In this document: positions 19,756 through 29,409 of the stretch, one piece after another | Layout of the letters: each line of letters starts with the position of its first letter | Position numbering within the stretch: position 1 is the stretch's first letter | Origin: Acetobacteraceae bacterium | GTDB lineage: Bacteria > Pseudomonadota > Alphaproteobacteria > Acetobacterales > Acetobacteraceae | NCBI GenBank assembly: GCA_025352375.1 | Contig: JANXTL010000028.1 | Coordinates: 1,125 to 65,124 of the forward strand | Length of the DNA: 64,000 bases | Direction of reading: 5' to 3' | Notes under the pieces: generated by a model | What the model saw: the letters and a program-made list of their open reading frames with translations, nothing else | Databases searched by the model: none | What the model was told of the DNA's origin: nothing | Program-made: the position numbers and the translations under genes

Positions 19756-20904
19756 ATGACACGCAGCCTGAACCTGCCGCGCCGCACTGTGCTGGCCGGC
19801 GCCCTCATTGCCCCCTTCGTCGTGCGCGCGCAGGGCAAGGAACCGATCAAGATCGGCAACGCCATGCCCATGACCGGCTCCCAAGCCGGATATGGCAACG
19901 ACTTCGTCACCGCGATGCGAATGGGCGTCGCCGATGTGAACGCCGCCGGGGGCATCGCCGGGCGCCCGGTCGAGTTGATCGCACTCGACACCCAGGCCGA
20001 ACCGCAGTTGGCGATCAACGCCGTCAACCGTTTCATCGGCGTGGACAAGCTGCCAATGTTTTTCACCGCCTGGTCCCCGGTGGTCAAAGCCGTGGCCCCC
20101 ATCGCCAACCGCGAACAGGTGCTGGAGATCAATTGCGGCGCCAACTCCCCCGAAATCGCTAACCTCGGCGACTACGTCTACACCGCCTTCCCGCTCGCCG
20201 AGGTCGATGTCGTCAAGCTCGCGAAATACACCTTCACCACGCTCGGCAAAAAGCGGGTGGCGGTGTTGTACATCAACAACGACACCGGCATCGACGCGGC
20301 CAAGCTCTACCGCGACACGTTTACCGCCGCCGGCGGCCAGATCGTTGCCTTCGAGACATACGATCCCAAAGCCACCGAATTCACCGGCATGCTGCTGAAA
20401 ACCCGCGCCGCCAACCCGGACATGGTGCACATCCATGGCTTGATCAACGACATTCCGCAGGTCATCGCCCAAATGCGGCAACTCGGTCTGACCCAGCGCG
20501 TGTCCAGCTACTCCGCCGCCTATAACCAGAAGCTGCTGGACCAACTCGGCGCCGCCGCCGAGGGGTTGATCGTAACCTCCCTGGCCCCCGGCGTCGCCGA
20601 CAACCCGAGGGTCGCGCCGTATATCGAGCGCTGGAAAAAAGAAATCGGCCGGGTGCCGAACGGACTGCCGTACACCCAATATCAGTACGACATGGTCTAT
20701 CTGGTGAAGGCACTGTACGAGCATTTGGACAAAAAGGGCACGCCCGCGACCGGCACGTCGCTAAGGGAAGCACTGCTGGCGGTGCGGGAATTCGATCTGC
20801 CGCTGACCGGCAAAATGATCATCGAAGGGCACCGCGTCGACAAGACCGTCTATTTGCTGACGGTCGAAAAAGGCGCGTACGTGCCGCTGGCGACATTGAA
20901 CTGA
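19756..20904 (+). CDS. ABC transporter substrate-binding protein (Leu/Ile/Val-binding protein family), second system
   Basis: Tat-like signal MTRSLNLPRRTVLAGALIAPFVVRAQG, then IKIGNAMPMTGSQAGYG. Confidence 0.85.
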   Translation: MTRSLNLPRRTVLAGALIAPFVVRAQGKEPIKIGNAMPMTGSQAGYGNDFVTAMRMGVADVNAAGGIAGRPVELIALDTQAEPQLAINAVNRFIGVDKLPMFFTAWSPVVKAVAPIANREQVLEINCGANSPEIANLGDYVYTAFPLAEVDVVKLAKYTFTTLGKKRVAVLYINNDTGIDAAKLYRDTFTAAGGQIVAFETYDPKATEFTGMLLKTRAANPDMVHIHGLINDIPQVIAQMRQLGLTQRVSSYSAAYNQKLLDQLGAAAEGLIVTSLAPGVADNPRVAPYIERWKKEIGRVPNGLPYTQYQYDMVYLVKALYEHLDKKGTPATGTSLREALLAVREFDLPLTGKMIIEGHRVDKTVYLLTVEKGAYVPLATLN

Positions 20905-20907
20905 GGC

Positions 20908-21795
20908 ATGTTCGAACCGATTATTCTGGCGCAGATCCTCTGGACGGGGATCGCGACGTCGTCCCCTTATGTGCTTCTTACGGTCGGGTTCGCCCTGACC
21001 TTGAAGGTCACGGGGCTGTGGAATTTCGCGCAATCCGGCCAGATGGCCATTGCATTCTACGCGATGTTCTTCGCGCTGAACGCAATGGCCTGGCCGCTGG
21101 TGGCGGCGATCGCATTCGGCATAGTCCTGACCGCGGGCAGCGCCATCCTGGTGGAAGTCTATGGTCTCCAAGTGCTGCGCGACCGGCGCTCCGACAGCCT
21201 GATGTTCTTTATCTTCACCCTGATCCTGGCTGAATTCATTATTTATGTGATCACATTGCTGTTCGGCACGGAGCCGGAAACGCTGTATCGGAGCATTCTT
21301 TCGCCTGTCGATATTATCGGTGGCATCGCGATCAGCGAATGGGATAAATTGGGTGTCACGCTCACGGCCGGCGCTTTGGCCGGGCTGTATGCGTTCATGC
21401 GCTACACGAAAGAAGGCCAGTTCCTGGCCGCCGTTGCCGACAATGCCAAACTCGCGGAACTGTACGGCATCTCGGCCCAGCGGGCCTACCGCGTGGTCGC
21501 GGTCATTTCCGCCCTGTTTATCGTGGCCGCGATGTACCTGATCGGCTCCCACGGCGGCATCGTGCCGAACACGCCGCTGGAACTGGTGCTGTCGGCGGTG
21601 ATCGGCACGTTGCTGGGCGGCATTGGGCGCGTATTCGCGGCGGCCTGGGCGTCGGTGTTCCTGGCGCTGATACAAAGTTTTTCCATCCTGTTTCTCGGCT
21701 CCCGCTGGCAAAACCTGCTGCTATACGGGTTGCTGTTCGCCACCATCCTGGTGTTTCCGCGCGGCGTGCGACTGCAACGGTTATGGGGACGCTGA
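20908..21795 (+). CDS. Branched-chain amino acid-type ABC permease (LivH-like)
   Basis: 295-aa polytopic membrane protein in an operon with the binding protein and ATPases. Confidence 0.8.
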   Translation: MFEPIILAQILWTGIATSSPYVLLTVGFALTLKVTGLWNFAQSGQMAIAFYAMFFALNAMAWPLVAAIAFGIVLTAGSAILVEVYGLQVLRDRRSDSLMFFIFTLILAEFIIYVITLLFGTEPETLYRSILSPVDIIGGIAISEWDKLGVTLTAGALAGLYAFMRYTKEGQFLAAVADNAKLAELYGISAQRAYRVVAVISALFIVAAMYLIGSHGGIVPNTPLELVLSAVIGTLLGGIGRVFAAAWASVFLALIQSFSILFLGSRWQNLLLYGLLFATILVFPRGVRLQRLWGR

Positions 21796-21798
21796 GCG

Positions 21799-22662
21799 AT
21801 GGAGTATCTGATCACCCTCGCCGTTCTGATCGCGCTGAACGTCATCCTCGCGGCCAGCTACAATCTGGTCATCGGCTACGGGGGCCTGTCCACGGTTGCG
21901 CACCCCATCTTCTTCGCCATCGGCGCCTATACGACCGGCCTGCTGTCCATCCATGTCCCCGAACTCCCCGCGCTGGCCAATGTTGTTCTTGGCATGGCGG
22001 CGGCGGTCGTCGCATCGGTACTGTTGGCGGGATCGTCGTTGCGGGTATCGGGCGATTACCTCCTCATCGCCAGCCTTGGATTCCAACTCGGATTATTGCA
22101 GTTGATCCGAAATCTCGAATTCACCGGCGGCCCCGGCGGCCTGTCCGCCATCCCTGGCACCATCGTCGGACCCATGCGCGGACCATTATTTCTGCTGATC
22201 TGCGGCGGCGCGGCGCTGGCCTGCGTGCTGATCATCCGCGCCATTGTCAAAGGCCCCTATGGCCGGGCAATCGGTGCAATGCGCGACGAGGAATTGGCGT
22301 TCACCGCCCTCGGCCGTAACGCGATGAGCATGAAAATCGTCATTTTCGCGATCGGATGCGGTATGGCCGGCGGCGCCGGCGGATTGTACGCCTATTATTT
22401 CCAATACATCAGCCCCGATCAGTTCGAGGTTTTGGCCTCGGCCGCCGTGCTGACCATGGTCGTGCTGGGCGGCATGGGCACGCCGTTCGGGCCGGTGGTC
22501 GGCGCGGCGCTGCTGCTGGCGATCCCGCAGGCCATCACGTTCCTGCATTTGCCACAAAATATCATGGCGCCGATGCAAGGAATCATCTTCACCCTGCTGG
22601 TGCTGGTATTCCTTTTCCTGCGCCCGGCTGGCATCCTGGGCGGCAAAGGACACCCGCGATGA
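21799..22662 (+). CDS. Branched-chain amino acid-type ABC permease (LivM-like)
   Basis: 287-aa polytopic membrane protein. NLVIGYGGLSTVAHPIFFAIGAY is the typical LivM core. Confidence 0.8.
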   Translation: MEYLITLAVLIALNVILAASYNLVIGYGGLSTVAHPIFFAIGAYTTGLLSIHVPELPALANVVLGMAAAVVASVLLAGSSLRVSGDYLLIASLGFQLGLLQLIRNLEFTGGPGGLSAIPGTIVGPMRGPLFLLICGGAALACVLIIRAIVKGPYGRAIGAMRDEELAFTALGRNAMSMKIVIFAIGCGMAGGAGGLYAYYFQYISPDQFEVLASAAVLTMVVLGGMGTPFGPVVGAALLLAIPQAITFLHLPQNIMAPMQGIIFTLLVLVFLFLRPAGILGGKGHPR

Positions 22663-23417
22663 CTGAGATTCTACGGGTCGAGGGCCTGCAAAAGCGCTTC
22701 GGCGGCATTGTCGTTTCCGACAACGTCCATTTATCCATCGCGTCCGGCGAAATCCTGGGCCTGATCGGGCCGAACGGCGCGGGAAAAACGTCGCTGTTCA
22801 ACCTGATTTCGGGTGTTTTGCGGCCGGACGCCGGGTCGATTTTCCTGCGGGGCCAAAAAATCGACGGCGCGCCATTATATAAGCGCGCCCGCATGGGCAT
22901 CGCTCGGACTTGGCAGAACATGCTGCTATTCCGCAGCATGTCGGTGCTGGACAATTTGATGGTGGGGCCCCGGGAGTACGTTGGCGAATCCATCGTGCGA
23001 CTGGCGTTTGGACGGGCGGGGGTTCGGGCGACGGAGGCCGCGATGCAAGAACGCGCCATGGGAATTCTGGCGCGCATGGGCCTCGAACAAACCGCTGGCA
23101 GTTTGGTGGTGGATTTGCCGTACGGTCAGCAGAAACTGATCGGACTGGCACGCACGCTCATGAATGACGGCGATTTATTATTGCTCGACGAACCCATGGC
23201 CGGGGTCGAGGGCGCGGCATACGAAACAATGCAGCGCGTTGTGCGGCAGGAATCCGAGGCCGGCCGAGCAGTTTGTGTGGTGGAGCATAATGTTTCGTTT
23301 ATTCGCGATTTGTGTTCGCGCGCGGTGTTCATGGCGCAGGGGAAAATCCTGCAGGACGGAACGGTGGAGGAATTGATCTCCAGTTCCGTTCTCACCGAAC
23401 TCTATTTCGGGGTTTGA
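22659..23417 (+). CDS. ABC transporter ATP-binding protein (LivG-like)
   Basis: The start MTEILRVEGLQKRF overlaps the upstream stop. GPNGAGKTS, YGQQKLIGLA and LLLDEPMAG are present. The track ORF 22356.. is an upstream over-extension. Confidence 0.88.
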   Translation: MTEILRVEGLQKRFGGIVVSDNVHLSIASGEILGLIGPNGAGKTSLFNLISGVLRPDAGSIFLRGQKIDGAPLYKRARMGIARTWQNMLLFRSMSVLDNLMVGPREYVGESIVRLAFGRAGVRATEAAMQERAMGILARMGLEQTAGSLVVDLPYGQQKLIGLARTLMNDGDLLLLDEPMAGVEGAAYETMQRVVRQESEAGRAVCVVEHNVSFIRDLCSRAVFMAQGKILQDGTVEELISSSVLTELYFGV

Positions 23418-23418
23418 A

Positions 23419-24103
23419 GATGCTGTCCTACGCGGGCGTTTCGGCGGGTTATGCGGGCGTCCCGGTCCTACGGGACGTTTCGTTCGACGTCGCGGAAGGC
23501 GAGGCAGTCGCTATTTTCGGCCATAATGGCGCCGGCAAAACCACCCTGCTGAAATGTGCCGTCGGCGACATCGCCGAGGTCGCGGGGTCTGTAACGTATC
23601 GAGACGAACCCATTATCCCCGGAGCCGTCTTCCGCAACTCGCGCCGCGGCATTGGCTTCGTGCCCCAGGGGCACAATGTGTTCCGTGAATTGTCGGTGCG
23701 GCAGAACCTGACGATCTCCGGCCTGCATCACCCGAAATCGCGGGTCGAAGATGTCTACGACCTGTTCCCGATCCTGCTGGAACGCGGCGGACAGGCGGCG
23801 GGTTCCCTCAGCGGCGGGCAGCAGCAGATATTGGCGCTGGGCATGGCGCTGATGACAAAGCCCAGCATTCTGTTGTTAGATGAGCCTTCCACCGGATTGG
23901 CGCCGATCATCGTGCGCGACGTGATGGCGAGCCTGACGAAAATCAACCGCGAGACCGGCACCACGGTCGTGATCGTCGAACAGAATATCCCCGCGACCCT
24001 GGCCATCGTGTCGCGTGCCATCGTTGTCAAAGCCGGCCGCGTGGTATTCGACGGTGCCAGCAAAGAGCTGGAGCGGAAAGAGGACCTCTGGGGCTGGTTC
24101 TGA
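23419..24103 (+). CDS. ABC transporter ATP-binding protein (LivF-like)
   Basis: Start at MLSYAGVSAGY. GHNGAGKTT, LSGGQQQILALG and LLLDEPSTG are present. Confidence 0.88.
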
Positions 24104-24117
24104 ACAGGAGTTTCGGT

Positions 24118-24930
24118 ATGGGCATGCGTATCTGGCACCAGAGTTTCACCGTCCTGGAGGACCTGCCGGGCTACCCCGAGGCCATTCGCGCGCACGCCGC
24201 CAAGGTATTGCGGCCCGACACCGAAATCGTGCTGCACGGCCAGTTGCCGGGCACGTATCCGTCCCATTACCCCGGCAACGACATCGGGTTCGGCTACACC
24301 TATTGGGTTCACGGCCACCAATGGATCGCCGCCGGGCGTGCTGCCGAGGCGCAGAAATTCGACGCCTATGCCATGTGTACGCTGCCCAACCCGATGTTGC
24401 GGGAGGCGCGTTCGATGCTGGAAATCCCGGTTATCGGCATGGGAGAAACCTGCTGTCATCTGGCGACGATGTTCGGCCAGCGTTTCGCGATCATGTTGTT
24501 CATCGACCGCATGATCCCGCTGTACCAGGAGCAAATCCGGCAGTACGGACTGACGGATCGTTGCGCCGGCGTGGTCGCCTCGGGCCTCGGGTTCGGCGGC
24601 GTGCTGGAGGCTTACACCAACCCCGCCAAGGCCATCGAGCAATTCCAGGATGCGGCGCGCAAGCTTATCAAGGAAACCGGCGCCGACGTGATCATTCCGG
24701 GGGAGGTGCCGCTGAACCTGCTGATGGCGCGCAACGGGTTGTCCCGCGTGGACGACGTGCCGATTATCGACGGCCTGGGCAGCACGCTGAAAATGGCCGA
24801 ACTGATGGTCGATTTACAACGTGCCACGGGGATCAAGCACAGCCGGCACGGGTTTTTCAACGCCGTTCCTAGCATGGAACGGGTGGATGAGGTTGGGAAA
24901 TTCTATGGCGTGGACCGGGTGAAGTTCTGA
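24118..24930 (+). CDS. Asp/Glu/hydantoin racemase family protein
   Basis: 270 aa. The MRIWHQSFTVLEDLPGY... N-terminus and overall pattern match proteins annotated as Asp/Glu/hydantoin racemases (recollection). It lies between the ABC genes and the hydantoinase genes. Confidence 0.6.
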   Translation: MGMRIWHQSFTVLEDLPGYPEAIRAHAAKVLRPDTEIVLHGQLPGTYPSHYPGNDIGFGYTYWVHGHQWIAAGRAAEAQKFDAYAMCTLPNPMLREARSMLEIPVIGMGETCCHLATMFGQRFAIMLFIDRMIPLYQEQIRQYGLTDRCAGVVASGLGFGGVLEAYTNPAKAIEQFQDAARKLIKETGADVIIPGEVPLNLLMARNGLSRVDDVPIIDGLGSTLKMAELMVDLQRATGIKHSRHGFFNAVPSMERVDEVGKFYGVDRVKF

Positions 24931-24993
24931 CATGGCCGAAATCGAAACAGACATCGTCACGATCAGCGCCGCGACGAAACCCGCCGCCCGCCC

Positions 24994-26991
24994 ATGACGT
25001 ATGAAATCGGCATCGATATTGGCGGCACGTTCACCGACATCGTCTGCCGGGGCAGCGACGGATCGGTGCGCATCGCCAAGGTTCCCACGACGCGCGGCGA
25101 TCCGTCCAAAGCGGTGCTGGCCGCGCTCGAAACCGCCCGAACGGAATGGGGGGTGGCACCTTCATCGATCACGCGGTTTACCCATGGCACCACCGTCGCC
25201 ACCAACGCGGTACTGGAGCGCAAGGGTGCCCGCATCGGCCTGATCGCCACCGAGGGCTTCAAAGACGTCCTGGAAATCGGGCGCCAAATGCGCCACCAGA
25301 TGTACGATCTCATCTTGAAACCCGAGACCCCGGTCTTCCTGGCGCCAGGCCGCTACCGCAAGGAAGTGCGCGAACGCCTGGACGCTTCCGGCAATATTCT
25401 GACGCCGCTTGACGAGGCCAGCGTGCGCCAGGCTATCGACGACCTGCAAAAACTGGGCGTGGAGGCTATCGCCGTCAGCCTGGTGTTTTCGTTCCTCGAC
25501 CCCACCCACGAGCGCCGCATCCGCGATATGGTTCCCGCCGGCATTCCGGTGTCGCTGTCGTCCGATGTAGACCCCGCGTTCCGGGAATACGAAAGAACCT
25601 GCGTCACCGCGTTCGATGCCTATATCAAACCGGTGGTTGGCGATTACCTGGCCAATCTGGAAGCCGGCCTCAAACAAGCCGGCGTCACCGTCCCGCTGCA
25701 AGTCATGCAGTCCCGCGGCGGCCTCGCGTCGTCCGCCATCGCCCGCCAGCGCCCCGTGCGGCTATTCCTCTCAGGCCCCGCTGCTGGCGTCGTAGGCGGG
25801 TTGGAAGCCGGCAAAGCGGCGGGTTTCGACAACCTGATCACCGTCGATATCGGCGGCACATCCTGCGATATCGCCCTGATCACCGACGGCGAACCCTTGA
25901 TCCGGGCCGAGGGCCCGATCGACGGCTACACCGTCCGCGTCCCCATGGTGGACGTCACCGCCATCGGTGCGGGGGGCGGATCGATCGCATGGCTCGATGC
26001 GGCCGGATCGCTCAAAGTCGGCCCGCACTCCGCCGGCTCCGAACCCGGCCCGGCCTGCTACGCCCGCGGCGGCACCCAACCCACCGTCACCGACGCCTCC
26101 GTCGTGCTCGGTTACATCGATCCCGCGAACTTCGCCGGCGGCACGGTGCAACTTCAACCGGACCGCGCCCACGCGGCCATCCGCTCCGTCATCGCCGAAC
26201 CCCTCGGCCTCACCGTCGAGGAAGCCGCGCTCGGCATCCATCGCGTTCTGAACGCGCAGATGGCCGAGGCGATCCGTTTGGTCTCGATCGGCCGTGGCAT
26301 CGACCCACGCGGCTATGCGCTGCTTCCCCTCGGCGGCGGCGGGCCGATGCATGCCTGTGCACTGGCGGAAGAACTCGGGATCACGTCGATCGTGATCCCC
26401 CCACATCCAGGCGTCCTGTCCGCCGCCGGCCTTCTCGGTGCGCCCGTGGAACACGAAATCGCAACGGCTTTTCCAACACCGCTCGCGACCCTCGATCCGG
26501 GCGCGATGGCAAAAACATTGCGGGACCTCGACGCAAACTGCCAGAAACTCATGCAAGCCGAGGGCGTCACCGAACCAGAAATCCGCCACTTCGCCGACGT
26601 CTGCTACATTGGGCAGTCGTATCATCTGGAAGTGCCGCTCCCCGGCGATATCTACGCCGCCTTCCTGCAGGCGCACGCCCGCGTCTACGGCCACGCCACG
26701 AAAGTCCCCGCGAAAATCGTCAATCTGCGTACCGTGCATCGCTCGAAAGCGGGAAAAATCGCCGCCAGCACGACAGAAACAAAACACCCGCGCCCCACGA
26801 CGACACGCCCCATCCGCGTCGCGAACGGTATCGTCCCAGCCGCCATATGGCACCGGGACTCATTTTCCGCGTCAACAAAACTCGCCGGCCCCGCGATCGT
26901 CGAACAATCCGACACCACCACCCTGGTCGAACCGGGTTGGACCGCCCGCCTCACGCAAGGCGACTCACTGTTGCTGGAGCGAACCGAATGA
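24994..26991 (+). CDS. Hydantoinase/oxoprolinase family protein, A subunit type
   Basis: 665 aa. It has the YEIGIDIGGTFTD actin-like ATPase start and ITVDIGGTSCDIAL. Confidence 0.9.
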   Translation: MTYEIGIDIGGTFTDIVCRGSDGSVRIAKVPTTRGDPSKAVLAALETARTEWGVAPSSITRFTHGTTVATNAVLERKGARIGLIATEGFKDVLEIGRQMRHQMYDLILKPETPVFLAPGRYRKEVRERLDASGNILTPLDEASVRQAIDDLQKLGVEAIAVSLVFSFLDPTHERRIRDMVPAGIPVSLSSDVDPAFREYERTCVTAFDAYIKPVVGDYLANLEAGLKQAGVTVPLQVMQSRGGLASSAIARQRPVRLFLSGPAAGVVGGLEAGKAAGFDNLITVDIGGTSCDIALITDGEPLIRAEGPIDGYTVRVPMVDVTAIGAGGGSIAWLDAAGSLKVGPHSAGSEPGPACYARGGTQPTVTDASVVLGYIDPANFAGGTVQLQPDRAHAAIRSVIAEPLGLTVEEAALGIHRVLNAQMAEAIRLVSIGRGIDPRGYALLPLGGGGPMHACALAEELGITSIVIPPHPGVLSAAGLLGAPVEHEIATAFPTPLATLDPGAMAKTLRDLDANCQKLMQAEGVTEPEIRHFADVCYIGQSYHLEVPLPGDIYAAFLQAHARVYGHATKVPAKIVNLRTVHRSKAGKIAASTTETKHPRPTTTRPIRVANGIVPAAIWHRDSFSASTKLAGPAIVEQSDTTTLVEPGWTARLTQGDSLLLERTE

Positions 26992-28619
26992 CCCTCGACC
27001 CGATCACCGTCGAAGTCACCCGCCACAAGCTGGAGGGCATCGCCAATGAGATGCAGTCCACCCTGCTGCGCAGCTCTTTTTCGCCGATTGTCAAAGAAGG
27101 CCTGGACGCCTCGGCCGGCCTGTTCACCGCGGACGGGCAAACCCTGGCGCAAGCCTGTGCGATCCCGATCCATCTGGCGACGCTGATCCCGGTGCTGCAA
27201 AAAATCATCGAAACCTTCCCGCCCGCCACGATGCACCCCGAGGATACGTTCCTGCTGAACGATCCCTACACCGGCGGCACGCATCTGCCCGATATCGCCC
27301 TGGTGCAGCCTATCGTCGTTGACGGGAAACTGGTCGCATTCAGTGCCGCGATGACACACCACCAGGACATCGGCGGCATGTCGGCCGGTTCCGTGCCCAC
27401 CAACGCCACCGAAATCTACCAGGAGGGTCTGCGCCTCCCGCCGCTGAAATTCCGCGATGCTGGCAAGCTGAACGAAACGCTGGTGGCGATTATCCGCCAG
27501 AACGTGCGCATTCCCGACACCGTGATGGGCGATATCAACGCGCAGCTTGCCGCGTGCAGCATCGGGGTGCGGCGGATAACGGAGCTGACCCGGAAGTTCG
27601 GTCACGACGCCCTGACAGGCCTGTTCTCCGAACTGCTCGACCGTTCCGAAATCATGACCCGCAAGGCACTGGCGAAAATCCCCCAAGGCACGTACCGGTA
27701 TGTCGATTACCTCGACAATGACGGCGTCGATCTCGACAAACCCATAAGGATCGAGGTAGCCGTCACCGTCGGTCAATCCGGCATCCACATCGATTTCACC
27801 GGCACCTCGCCCCAGGTGCGCGGCCCGATGAATTGCGTACCGTCCGGATCGCTCGCCGCCGCCTGCTTCGCCATTCGCGCGCTGACCGACCCCGCGATCC
27901 CCACCAACGCCGGCTGCTTCCGCCCGATTTCGTTGCACCTGCCGGAGGGTAGTCTGGTGAACCCGGTGGAGCCCGCGCCGGTCAACGCCCGCACATCGAC
28001 CATCAAGCGCATCACCGGCTGTATCGTCTCCGCACTGGCGAACATCCTGCCCGATCGGATCCCCGCCCCCTCGGCCGGCGAAATGGCTTTGGTCGCGTTC
28101 GGCGGGCGGCGGCCAACGGGAGAAAATTTCGTCACCGGCGATCTGATCGCCAGCGGTAGCGGTGCCTCGGCCACCGGCGACGGCGTCGACGTGATCGAAA
28201 CCGACGCCACCAACTGCATGAATCTCCCGGCCGAGGCGATGGAAATGGAAACCCCCATCCGCCTGCATCGCGTCGCGCTGCGGCCCGGTTCCGGCGGCGA
28301 CGGCGCCTTCCGTGGCGGCCTCGGCACCGAACGGGAATACGAAGTGCTCACCGACAACGTGACGTTCACGCATCGGGGCGAGCGCCATTTCTCCGCCGCT
28401 CGTGGCATATTCGGCGGCGGCGACGGGGCATGCGGGGAATCCACCATCCTTCGCACCGACGGCACCACCGAAACCATCCCGTCGAAAATCGTCGCGCGGT
28501 TGATGAAGGGGGATCGGGTCATCGTTCGCACCGCCGGCGGCGCTGGGTATGGCGATCCCACGCAACGGACCGCAGCCATGCGCCGGTCCGATGTCGCCGA
28601 TGGCAAGGTCCCTGCCTAG
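26988..28619 (+). CDS. Hydantoinase B/oxoprolinase family protein
   Basis: The start MTLDPITVEVTRHKLEGIANEM overlaps the hyuA-type stop (ATGA). The typical LNDPY.GGTHLPD motif is present. The track ORF 25989.. is an over-extension. Confidence 0.9.
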   Translation: MTLDPITVEVTRHKLEGIANEMQSTLLRSSFSPIVKEGLDASAGLFTADGQTLAQACAIPIHLATLIPVLQKIIETFPPATMHPEDTFLLNDPYTGGTHLPDIALVQPIVVDGKLVAFSAAMTHHQDIGGMSAGSVPTNATEIYQEGLRLPPLKFRDAGKLNETLVAIIRQNVRIPDTVMGDINAQLAACSIGVRRITELTRKFGHDALTGLFSELLDRSEIMTRKALAKIPQGTYRYVDYLDNDGVDLDKPIRIEVAVTVGQSGIHIDFTGTSPQVRGPMNCVPSGSLAAACFAIRALTDPAIPTNAGCFRPISLHLPEGSLVNPVEPAPVNARTSTIKRITGCIVSALANILPDRIPAPSAGEMALVAFGGRRPTGENFVTGDLIASGSGASATGDGVDVIETDATNCMNLPAEAMEMETPIRLHRVALRPGSGGDGAFRGGLGTEREYEVLTDNVTFTHRGERHFSAARGIFGGGDGACGESTILRTDGTTETIPSKIVARLMKGDRVIVRTAGGAGYGDPTQRTAAMRRSDVADGKVPA

Positions 28620-28731
28620 ACCATGATCGTTTGAGGTCGCACGCGATCTCGGCGTTGGATCATGGTCTAAGCCTTCGTTTGAGAGGGTGATTCACGCCCG
28701 AGGTTGAAGTCAACCTCAAGCGATCACGCTC
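28619..28731. mobile_element. 113-bp MITE, copy 1 (TA target-site duplication; imperfect 11-bp terminal inverted repeats)
   Basis: The termini are GACCATGATCG ... CGATCACGCTC, flanked by TA at 28617-18 and 28732-33. It differs at 3 of 113 nt from the reverse complement of 58990-59102. Internal hairpins are GACCATGATC/GATCATGGTC and GAGGTTGA/TCAACCTC. Confidence 0.85.
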
Positions 28732-29405
28732 TAACCGTCCTCGGGCGGCAGCCCGTCCAGCACTTCCTTAACCAGCCCGAGCGTCACCCGCCCGCCCGCT
28801 GCCAGTTGGGCATCGGCCAAGCGGGCAACGAACATCCTCAAACGCGCGGGCTGCCGCGGCAACAACGGCAGAATGCGTTCCTGCACATCGGCGTCCAGCC
28901 GCCATTGGCGATTCGACAGCAGATGCGCCAGCAAAGCGCGCAGCAGCCCATCCTCCGGCGGGTCGATGCCGACCGCGGTGAAGGCCCGCAGCCGTGACGC
29001 GAGGTCCGGCAGCCGGATCGGCAGGCGGGCCGGCGGCACCCGGGATGCGATCAGCACGGTCATGTCCGCATCGCGCGCCGCGTTGAGCCAGTGGAACAAC
29101 GTGGTCTCGTCCGGCACGGTTTCGATGTCGTCGATCCCGATGCCGCCGGCCGCCAGCCGGTCTGGCAAGCCTCGCAAATCCGATCCGGCCCACACCGATG
29201 CGCCGGTGCGCCGCGCCCAGATGTGCATCAGGTGGGTTTTGCCGCAGCCTGGTTCGCCCCAGATCGCCAAACGCCGCTCCGGCCACTCCGCCGGCCGTGC
29301 CAGCCAGGCTCGAACGGCGGCGTTGGATAAGGCGTGGATGAAATCGGCTTCGGCGTAAGACGGCTTGTCCGCGAACGACAAAATCAACTGTGGCGTCTTA
29401 GACAT
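28731..29405 (-). CDS. hdaA: DnaA regulatory inactivator HdaA
   Basis: 224-aa DnaA-domain-III-like protein with Walker A-like GEPGCGKTHL. It occupies the conserved alphaproteobacterial position next to the AI-2E permease / phosphatidyltransferase / purM-purN genes. Confidence 0.8.
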   Translation of the reverse strand: MSKTPQLILSFADKPSYAEADFIHALSNAAVRAWLARPAEWPERRLAIWGEPGCGKTHLMHIWARRTGASVWAGSDLRGLPDRLAAGGIGIDDIETVPDETTLFHWLNAARDADMTVLIASRVPPARLPIRLPDLASRLRAFTAVGIDPPEDGLLRALLAHLLSNRQWRLDADVQERILPLLPRQPARLRMFVARLADAQLAAGGRVTLGLVKEVLDGLPPEDG

Positions 29406-29409
29406 GCGC

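Noticed and set aside
19633-20724. 363-aa ORF antisense to the second substrate-binding protein gene (similarly 18468-20162 + and 9383-10555 -)
   Set aside because: These are GC-rich shadow ORFs that overlap well-supported genes on the other strand and have no recognisable domains.
25989-26987. Upstream extension of the hydantoinase B ORF (876-aa track ORF)
   Set aside because: It overlaps hyuA in another frame and is Arg/Pro-rich nonsense. The true start, MTLDPITVEV at 26988, is coupled to the hyuA stop.
26685-28565. 626-aa ORF antisense to the hydantoinase B gene
   Set aside because: Long stop-free antisense frames are expected at ~65% GC. The translation is Arg/Gly/Ala/Pro-rich with no motifs, while the sense strand has clear family motifs.
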